NCBI GenBank assembly: GCA_002269645.1
Contig: NIVC01004971.1
Coordinates: 1-29,798, forward strand
Source: Macrostomum lignano
Taxonomy: Eukaryota
Length of the DNA: 29,798 bases
Direction of reading: 5' to 3'
Under the pieces are notes generated by a model that searched no databases, was not told where the DNA came from, and was given only the letters and a program-made list of their open reading frames with translations. The position numbers were made by a program, and so were the translations under genes. Of the stretch, positions 21,461 to 29,798 are shown in pieces (the first letter of the stretch is position 1; every line of letters starts with the position of its first letter).

Positions 21461-23781
21461 GCGACCGCATCGTGGCGATCCGGGTCGACCTAACAGCTGG
21501 CGAAGCGGCCGACGCGGTCGACCCCGATCATGTGAGCTTCCTGCTCGGCCTGGCCGGTTGCTACGGCCTCACAGTAGAATTCCAGCACCAGCAGCCAGCG
21601 ACTTCAGCCGCCGCCGCCGCCGCCGCCGCCCCGCCGCTGCCGCCGTCAACACCGTTGCGCGAGGCCTCGCGAAGCGTCGCCCTACCATCGATCGTTGTCT
21701 CCGAGGAGGCGCCGGCGCCTGCGCCTACAGGAGGGCCGCGGCTTCTGCTGGCCCGCGGCGGCGGAGTCCCGCAGGCGGCAGCTGGTGGCCAACTCGAGCG
21801 GGCCCTGCTGAACTCCGACTGGACGGAGGCGGAGCCACAGGAAGACGAATGGGTGGCACTGTCGGTGGATCTGATGCTGAAAGAGGAGGCCGACTCGCAC
21901 GCCTACGCTGTCATTGGCGAGGTGGCGGTCCCGAACCTCGACTTGTCGCTGGAACCCGGAGACGAAGGCAAAACCTGGCGCTCGTTGGGTGGCGCCGTTG
22001 AAGACGCGCTGACCGAGTCCACAGGCAGGCGCGGCTCCGCCTCGTCAGGTGGCACCTCGTCAGGCACGGCGAACACCCTGGTGGAGATGCCGCGGCCGCG
22101 CAGCGACGACAGCCTGTCAGCGTCCGGGGATGACGATCTGGACGAGGCCGACCTAGTGGTTCAGGCTGTTAGGAATGCCGACAAAGCGTTGTCGAATGCG
22201 GAATCCGCGGAAGTCGAACCGGAAGTGGAGATTGATGTTGAAGAAAAAGTCGAAGCTGCGGTTGACTTGGCAACTCATGCCGAAGTGGAATTCAATGGGG
22301 AAGTTGAAGTGGGCCTCAGACCGGAAGCTGATGTGGAACTAGAACTCGATTTTGAGAGCCAACCAGAGGTGGAGGCGGAAGTAAAATTCGATGTTGACGT
22401 CCGACCGAAAGTTGATGCGGAAGTGGAGCTGGATGCTAACTTACGACCAGAAGTTGAAGCGGAAGTAGACTTCGGTGTTGATATCCGACCGGAAGTTGAT
22501 GCAGAATTGGAACTTGATGTTGACGTTCGACAGGAGGCGGAAGTAGAATTCGGTGTTGATGTCCGACCGGAAGCGGAAGTAGAATTCGGTGATGTCCGAC
22601 CAGAGGTGGAAGCGGAAGTAGAATTCGATGTTGATGGCCGACCAGAGGTGGGGGCGGAAGTAGAATTCGGTGTTGATGTCCGACCAGAAGCGGAAGTAGA
22701 ATTCGGTGTTGATGTCCGACCGGAAGCGCAAGTAGAATTCGGTGTGATGTCCGACCGGAAGCGCAAGTAGAATTCGGTGTTGATGTCCGACCGGAAGCGC
22801 AAGTAGAATTCGGTGTTGATGTCCGTCCAGAAGCGGAAGTAGAATTCGGTGTTGATGTCCGACCGGAAGCGGAAGTAGAATTCGGTGTTGATGTCCGTCC
22901 AGAAGCGGAAGTAGAAATCGACGCTGATGCAGAAGTTGAAAGGGAATTGGAAGCGGATGCAAAAGTGGAAGTAGAATCGGAAGAAGAAATCGGATCTGAT
23001 ATTGAGATCAAATCGGGCGCTGAAGTAGACCTGGGTGTACAGGCCGAGGCGGAAGTCGACCTGGATGTACATGCTGAGGCGGAAGTCGACCTGGATGTAC
23101 AGGCTGAGGCGGAAGTCGACCTGGATGTACAGGCTGAGGCGGAAGTCGACCTGGATGTACAGGCCGAGGCGGAAGTCGACCTGAATGTACAGGCGGAGCT
23201 GGATTCGGACGCAGAGGAGATCGTAGAGGCCGCAGTCAGCTCGGTGGCGCAGTCGGCGCAGTCAATCAATCTAGAACGGAAGGCGCCCAAACTGGAAGTT
23301 CGAACCGAAGCCCCGGAAGTTAAAGAAGATATTGACGAGATTCAACGAGACGACGACATCGAGGAGGTCTCTATCGATGACGACACGCCGGAAGTCCGCA
23401 GCCTGGATGCGTCAGCGCCGGCTCGCTGGGTAGGCCGGGCCGAGTCCAGCGGCAGCCGCAGCAGCAACGAAAGCATCGACGACAACTCGGACGGAGAGGC
23501 CGGCAGCGACCGCCGGCTGCGAAAGGCAATACGCCAGGCGGCCAGAGCAGTTGAGAAAGATGCCGAAGACGGGGAGGCTGCGGCGGCATCGAGTAAGACG
23601 CCGAACTCTACGCGGGAGAAAACGGCAGAATGGCAAAGTTTGGAGAATCACCCGGTGACCGGAGGCCGGTGGGAGAATCTGGAGAATCGGCCGGTGACTG
23701 GAAGCCAGTGGGAGAATCTGGAGAATCGCCCGGTGACTGGAGGCCGGTGGGAAAACTTAAACAATCTGCCGGTTGATACAG
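21461..23781 (+). CDS. TM-PDZ acidic-repeat gene, exon 4 (C-half of PDZ, 12-aa RPEAEVEFGVDV repeats, 10-aa AEAEVDLDVQ repeats, 13-aa WENLENRPVTG repeats); one apparent -1 frameshift at ~22745
   Basis: Acceptor ctgccttag at 21460 gives G-DRIVAI; ORFs 21427..22770 and 22947..23816 join if one T is restored in ggtgt[t]gat; phase-1 donor G|gtaagt at 23782. Confidence 0.78.
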
Positions 23782-23980
23782 GTAAGTTGCATAATTGTAA
23801 AGTTATAAAGCGATAAAACACAAATTCACCTATTTACCATGCGTTCATTAACAATAATAACTGACAAAAGGAAAGTTCTAAATTTGACATGAAACCTCCA
23901 ATTTAATACTCTCTACTCAATCTGCTTTTACAAGCACCTCAACCGCTAGCCAGCTAACTTCTACACCCACCTCACTCCTT

Positions 23981-24339
23981 TTTTATTAGAGGCAGGGGGG
24001 TTGTGTGCACCCTGGCGCACTTTAAGCGACATAGGCACACAACCGGCGAGAGGCATTACTGCCCATTCCGCCGACTCCCCTGAGCAGGCATGCAAGCGCG
24101 CGGATACGTACGCAGGCACACACTCACACAGGAGTGTACAGCGGCCCTAACTTATTTATCGTTAGGCATGTACACTTCACTGCGCCTTGGGGGGTTGGCT
24201 CTCAAGGCCGTTAATTGCACGAGCAGAGCCAAACCGAGATTCCAATTCAGCCCCAAATTAATGTGAACCTGCACTTGGAATCGAGCCTGGGTCGCTGGCA
24301 CACCAGAGCAGCTGCGCTACCGCTGGGCTACGGCCCCCT
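23981..24339 (-). mobile_element. Apparently full-length ~360 bp tRNA-derived SINE with hairpin-rich body and A-rich tail, in intron 4
   Basis: Minus strand starts gggggccgtagcccagcggtagcgc (A box), ggctcgattcc (B box), ends tctaataaaaaa; flanked by direct repeat ccacctcactcctt (23967-23980, 24340-24353), which is also the local minisatellite unit. Confidence 0.75.
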
Positions 24340-24515
24340 CCACCTCACTCCTTGCACCCGGCTCACTCCTTACACCCACCTCACTCCTTGCACCCACCTC
24401 ACTCACTCCTTGCACCCTCCTCACTCCTTACACCCACCTCATTCCTTACACCCACCTAACTGCAATTACACCCACCTCAAGCCTTACAACCACTTCACTC
24501 CTTACACCCACCCGT
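24340..24515 (+). repeat. 18 bp minisatellite (cacctcactccttacacc)
   Basis: Direct reading; inverted counterpart at 25196-25440. Confidence 0.92.
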
Positions 24516-24620
24516 GTCAACCCACAATAACAAACTGATCCAACTACATCGCTCAGTAACAGAGATAGGTATACACACAACTGACTCTAAAATTAAAAAA
24601 CTAATTGGTTCTCTCCACAG

Positions 24621-25147
24621 TCCAAGAGCCGGAGTTGGCAGCGTCTATCGTACAGCATCCGAAGCCGCAACAGAAAGCGTCCAGAATTCCCCAGCGCTCA
24701 TTAAGCTCAATTCTCAGGGACGTCGAATCCGCAACTGTAGACCTGGTAAATAACGAGGCACAGGCCGCTGCCGCGGCCGCCGCCGAGGACAACCACAGGG
24801 GCGCGGAGTCGCCACCAGTTATCGACGAGACCAACATCAAAGCGACCCAGGCGCCGGTTCCGGTCGTCCAGCTGGACTTTCAGGCGCTGCAGGAGGCGGA
24901 GGACGAGGCGGGCGAGCCCGAGTCGCCGCTGCTGGATCCGGAGCTGGTGCGGGAGATCCAGGCCGGCGCTGAGGGAATCTGGGACGACGATGAGGAGAAC
25001 GGCGTGGAGGAAGGTGACGCTCTCCAGCTGGAGGAGTCGGAGGGCGAACTGTCGGACAGCTTTCAGGAGTTTCTCAACAATGAGGAACTGCTGGAGCAGG
25101 ACGGATTCAGCCGTATGATACGAAAGCTGGAAGAGTCAGACGCCTGA
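24621..25147 (+). CDS. TM-PDZ acidic-repeat gene, last coding exon (acidic tail)
   Basis: Acceptor ttctctccacag at 24620 (phase 1 matches); GC3-rich codons; ends FSRMIRKLEESDA, TGA 25145-25147. The exon sum of 3386 nt plus 1 restored base equals 1129 codons. Confidence 0.76.
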
Positions 25148-25195
25148 GGAGTAGCGGTGAGAGTTAATTTTGCTTCTTGTAACTGGTGCCGTGCA

Positions 25196-25440
25196 TGAGG
25201 TGGTTGTAAGGAGTAAGGTGGGTGTGAGGTGGGTGTAAGATTAGTGAGGTGGGTGTGAGGAGTGAGGTGGGTGTAAGGAGTGAGGTGGGTGTGAGGAGTG
25301 AGGTGGGTGTGAGGAGTGAGGTGCCTGTAATTACAGTTAGGTGGGTGTAAGGAGTGAAGTGGGTGTGAGGAGTGAGATGGGTGTAAGGAGTGAAGTGGGT
25401 GTAAGGAGTGAGGTGGGTGTAAGGAGTGAGGTGGGTGGGT
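25196..25440 (-). repeat. Same 18 bp minisatellite in inverted orientation (ggtgtaaggagtgaggtg)
   Basis: Reverse complement of the 24340-24515 unit, including shared interruptions. Confidence 0.92.
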
Positions 25441-26028
25441 ACAGTTGAAGTAGCTAAAAAGTATCTCATGACTATTTACGCTCGTACCCTGTGCCCCTCT
25501 GCTCTTTGTAGGCAGCGATCGATAATGGATGACCTTACACATACTTGTTACGGGCAGCTGCATGCAGAGGAATGATCATAGAAGAAATGAATTTCTCACA
25601 AATAGCTTGTACATGTAACGCCAGTTATCCACTCAAATCAGTCAGTCGCGTATGTCATACACGATTCCATAATAGATAAAAAAATGTCCGACTATACTAC
25701 TAACCACAGTTTTCAATCTTGCTTATCTGAAAATTTTGTTGTGTTGAATGTTTGCATATAAAATACCCGTCCCCCACTTTGCCTTATTGCATGCGCTTTC
25801 TATTTTTGAACTTTGCTCATGTGGGTGTCTGAGCGTATTAGTCCAATTCGCATCAGCCTGTCAACATTTTACGCTCGTAACACTTCATGACGATGACTTA
25901 CTCATGACTTAACAGCAGAATAAAAGTGCCATGCAATTTTTCATTGAACTATGAATATTTGAAGCTTGACGACTAGCTATAATTGTAGTAAATTCCTGCT
26001 TTCATCGATTAATTAGACAAGATAACTT

Positions 26029-27020
26029 GAGGATCTGGGGGGGGGGGGCTGGCCCAGCAACTGAGGATCTGGGAGGCTGGCCCAGCAACTGAGGATCTGG
26101 GAGGCTGGCCCAGCAACTGAGGATCTGGGAGGCTGGCCCAGCAACTGAGGATCTGGGAGGCTGGCCCAGCAACAGAGGATCTTGGAGGCTGGCCCAACAA
26201 CTGAGGATCTGGGAGGCTGGCCCAGCAACAGAGGATCTTGGTGGCTGGCCCAGCAACTGAGGATCTGAGAGGCTGGCCCAGCAACTGAAGACCTGGGAGG
26301 CTGGCCCAGCAACTGAGGATCTGAGAGGCTGGCCCAGCAACTGAGGATCTGGGAGGCTGGCCCAGCAACTGAGGATCTGGAAGGCTGGCCCAGCAACTGA
26401 GGATCTGGAAGGCTGACCCAGCAACTGAGGATCTGGAAAGCTGGCCCAGCAACTGAGGATCTGGGAAACTGGCGGACTGAGGATCTGGGAGGCTGGCCCA
26501 GCAACTGAGGATCTGAGAGGCTGGCCCAGCAACTGAAGATCTGGGAGGCTGGCCCAGCAACTGAGGATCTGAGAGGCTGGCCCAGCAACTGAAGACCTGG
26601 GAGGCTGGCCCAGCAACTGAGGATCTGAGAGGCTGGCCCAGCAACTGAAGACCTGGGAGGCTGGCCCAGCAACTGAGGATCTGGGAGGCTGGCCCAGCAA
26701 CTGAGGATCTGAGAGGCTGGCCCAGCAACTGAAGACCTGGGAGGCTGGCCCAGCAACTGAGGATCTGAGAGGCTGGCCCAGCAACTGAAGACCTGGGAGG
26801 CTGGCCCAGCAACTGAGGATCTGGGAGGCTGGCCCAGCAACTGAGGATCTGAGAGGCTGGCCCAGCAACTGAAGACCTGGGAGGCTGGCCCAGCAACTGA
26901 GGATCTGAGAGGCTGGCCCAGCAACTGAAGACCTGGGAGGCTGGCCCAGCAACTGAAGATCTGTGAGGCTGGCCCAGCAACTGAGGATCTGGAAGGCTGG
27001 CCCAGCAACTGAGGATCTGG
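26029..27020. repeat. 28 bp minisatellite (gaggatctgggaggctggcccagcaact), ~35 copies
   Basis: Direct reading; source of the three long minus-strand ORFs at 26002-27125. Confidence 0.98.
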
Positions 27021-27841
27021 AAGGGTGGCAACCCAAATCCGACAAGATAAAAAATCAGAACATGAGCCACGCAAAAGATACAATCGATTTCCCAGCAACA
27101 AAATGGCACAAGAGACACGAGCCAAGTGTATATTTATGAATTTATTATTTCAATTGATAAAAAACACAAAAAACTTTGAGCAGACAGACATCAGCTGTGA
27201 GTATTGGGCACAATAGTATATAATAATCGTGAACCGTATAAACATGAATTTGTGTATAAGACAGATCTATAGCACATCCTAATCTGATGATAATCGTAAA
27301 GCTATTTGGATTTCTAAATATATCGATTGTAGAAATCAGCTTACAATAATGAGTTGTACTTTTCGAAAGCAGAGAATCTAACACAACAGAATCGCAGTGC
27401 AACACGTACGTACCCTGATAGCATCAGTAAAATTGAGTCCAGCTGTCTTAACTAGTGGAAGAGCAGCGATATCTGTAGTGAGCTGATGATGAAACAACGG
27501 AGAACGGGGGGGGGGCGACACGTGGAATGACAAAAACTGTGCTGAAATGTGCAGTACAAATTTGAAACGACAGAACACACGGCACTACACGGGCAGTACG
27601 TTCACACACACAAGAATCTAAAAACGGAAATATTCATCATAAGATATAAAAGCACTAAGCCAAAAAAGTTATTGGAATAAGTTTAATGCCGAAAAAGCGC
27701 AATTATTCTTTTTAGTAGATAAAAAGTGATGATTTTCATCAAGTACTTTGCAGGTTTGCCGCTACAGTCTGGAACGAGATCGTTAGTTGGCCTGTAAAAC
27801 AAAATGGAAAAACAATACGTCTGTTAGTGTTTTTGATATGC

Positions 27842-28215
27842 TCAAAGCGATTGGAACATGTTGCTCTTCTCAGAGAAAGTTCCCGGCTTCATCTTGACCT
27901 GGGTGCGCTTGTTCTGGCCTATCTTGGCCCGCATCTCCTCCAGGCTGATGTTGCCGACTGGGTCGCTGCCTTTGCCGCCGCCGCCGTTCTGGGCTGCGGC
28001 TGCCGGGGCCGCGGCTTTGGCGACTGGCGCCGGCGGGGTCGGCGACGGGCTTCGGCGACTGGCGCCGGCGGGGTCGGCGACGGGCTTCGGCGACTGGCGC
28101 CGGCGGGTCGGCGACGGGGCTTCGGCGACTGGCGCTGGCGGGTCGGGGACGAGCGGCGCTGCTGCTGCGGACTCGGAGCCGGAGATGCAGTTTGCGATGA
28201 AACGGCACTCAGCTG
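27842..28215 (-). CDS. Terminal coding exon of an unidentified gene (Pro/Ala-rich linker, C-terminus ISLEEMRAKIGQNKRTQVKMKPGTFSEKSNMFQSL*)
   Basis: Acceptor ctcccttattcag at 28216; frame open for 124 codons to TGA at 27844-27842; strongly C/G-ending codons; absent from the ORF track because it lacks an early start codon. Confidence 0.66.
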
Positions 28216-28270
28216 CTGAATAAGGGAGGTGGAGGTCATGGGCGTGAGCAGATGAGGCTGATGCTATGTG

Positions 28271-28470
28271 ACCAGTGACTCTTATTGATGAGGATGTCAG
28301 CAGTGGTGTAACCAGTGACTCTTATTGATTAGGATGTCAGCAGTGATGTAACCAGTGACTCTTATTGATGAGGATGTCAGCAGTGGTGTAACCAGTGACT
28401 CTTATTAATGAGGATGTCAGCAGTGGTGTAACCAGTGACTCTTATTGACGAGGATGTCAGCAGGTGAGGT
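28271..28470. repeat. 40 bp minisatellite, 5 copies
   Basis: accagtgactc at 28271, 28311, 28351, 28391 and 28431. Confidence 0.96.
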
Positions 28471-28949
28471 GGCGTAGCCAGTACTCTCTTTATAAAGGCC
28501 AGTGATTGAGTTATTGACTTTGCCATAGAAAATGGCATGACTATATTACATGATTATATTATAAACTCAGCAGTTGAATCAACACCGGAATTTCGACTGA
28601 CAACTGAGGCTAAACTGACCCTTGCTCACGTTAGCTACTCAATTCTCCTGAATTAATTCAAAGCCAAAAAGCAAACAGGCCCCAGGCAAACCCATTCAAG
28701 CGAACAAACGTTAAAACACGCCTTAACATGTCGCCCGTTTCCCCGTATTGGATTGTAAATTTTATTTTATTTGCAAGGTCATACACACGCACACACAGGT
28801 GCAAGGGAAACTCTGACCAGCGATATAAAAATTCAATGCTAATTTTGCTTCTTTATCAAAAATATTCAGTGAAGCAAATCAGAGAAATATGGAAATATTC
28901 AGTAGTTTACTGAGAGAGAACACACGCGTACAGAGCAGAGACCGTCTCT

Positions 28950-28954
<5 letters not shown>

Positions 28955-28980
<26 letters not shown>
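28955..28980. repeat. (CT)n microsatellite
   Basis: Direct reading. Confidence 0.95.
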
Positions 28981-28986
<6 letters not shown>

Positions 28987-29276
28987 CTAACAAATTTGGC
29001 TTGGCTGTAAAACTCCGTCTACAAGCAGTGTTAATATTTTCTATTCCTAACTATATCAAACCCTTTCTAGAATGGGCGGCAACTTGGCGAAAGAAAATAG
29101 AGAATCTACGTACATATCACAAAAATCCTTGTTAAATATTTCTCTGCAGACCTACCCCAGCCTAACCACTGACCGGCCTCACTGTTCGGCATTCGGTGTA
29201 GCGCAGCAGTTCAGGCTTAGTCACCTGATACGGTAAGGCTTTGAAAAGCGAACCCTATAGCGAACTAGCGAACCTA

Positions 29277-29279
29277 CTC

Positions 29280-29351
<72 letters not shown>

Positions 29352-29370
29352 TCTCTCTCTCTCTCTCTGT
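29277..29370. repeat. (CT)n microsatellite, interrupted
   Basis: Direct reading. Confidence 0.95.
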
Positions 29371-29534
29371 TTCTCTAGCTCCACAAACGTATTTACCCAT
29401 GGATAACTAAAGCAAAGCTTCTGGACTGGATGCATAATCACCCGGCTTGTACTAAATATCGCGAAAAAATTTTTCTATAACAAAACCTAAAACAAAACTG
29501 CAGGCAACGCATCTATCTGTTTGATTGTATCTGT

Positions 29535-29798
29535 ATGCCTGTGCAGCCTGTCTGTCTGCGCCTAGTGTCTGTCTGTTTGCGCGCCTTTGTGTCTGTCTGT
29601 CTGCGCCTTTGTGTCTGTCTGTCTGCGACTTTGTGTCTGTCTGTCTGTGTCTTAGTGTCTGTCTGTCTGCGCCGTAGTGTCTGTCTGCGCCTTAGTGTCT
29701 GTCTTTCTGTCTGCGCCTTAGTGTCTGTCTTTCTGTCTGCGCCTTAGTGTCTGTCTTTCTGTCTGCGCGCCTTAGTGTCTGTCTGTCTGTGCCTTTGT
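29535..29798. repeat. ~22-26 bp degenerate minisatellite (gtgtctgtctgtctgcgcctta), runs off window end
   Basis: Direct reading. Confidence 0.93.

Noticed and set aside
22275-23651. Minus-strand ORFs over the acidic repeats
   Set aside because: Antisense shadows of the plus-strand coding repeats
26002-27125. Three 347-370 aa ORFs in all minus frames
   Set aside because: The 28-bp unit lacks stops on that strand; no coding flanks
27481-27500. ctgatga...gaaac hammerhead core
   Set aside because: No room for stem II between the motifs and no flanking stems

Overview
This is eukaryotic (animal) genomic DNA, not prokaryotic. It has spliced GT-AG genes with GC-rich codons, embedded in many unrelated 13-55 bp minisatellites and microsatellites. 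That style resembles a free-living flatworm such as Macrostomum, but the taxon is my inference only. Most long ORFs in the supplied track are repeat artefacts. Supported coding content: (1) a two-coding-exon amine GPCR of the alpha-adrenergic-like octopamine receptor type (2903-3306 + 4042-4954); (2) a 5'-truncated Crypton-type tyrosine recombinase with a full catalytic set (6089-7015), bracketed by the same 37-bp minisatellite on both sides; (3) a minus-strand PARP-like ADP-ribosyltransferase with an H-Y-E triad and C-terminal hydrophobic helices (14864-15988); (4) a five-exon gene (19390-25147) for a roughly 1130-aa signal peptide + single TM + PDZ-like + acidic-repeat protein with one apparent -1 frameshift; (5) the terminal exon of an unidentified minus-strand gene (27842-28215). 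Several tRNA-derived SINE-like elements lie on the minus strand, including a CORE-type SINE and an apparently full-length ~360 bp SINE whose body has covarying hairpins. There is also a degenerate Penelope-type hammerhead-like core. No CRISPR array, rRNA or intact tRNA was found. The best novelty candidates are the TM-PDZ acidic-repeat protein, the membrane-anchored HYE PARP, the repeat-bracketed Crypton and the structured SINE.
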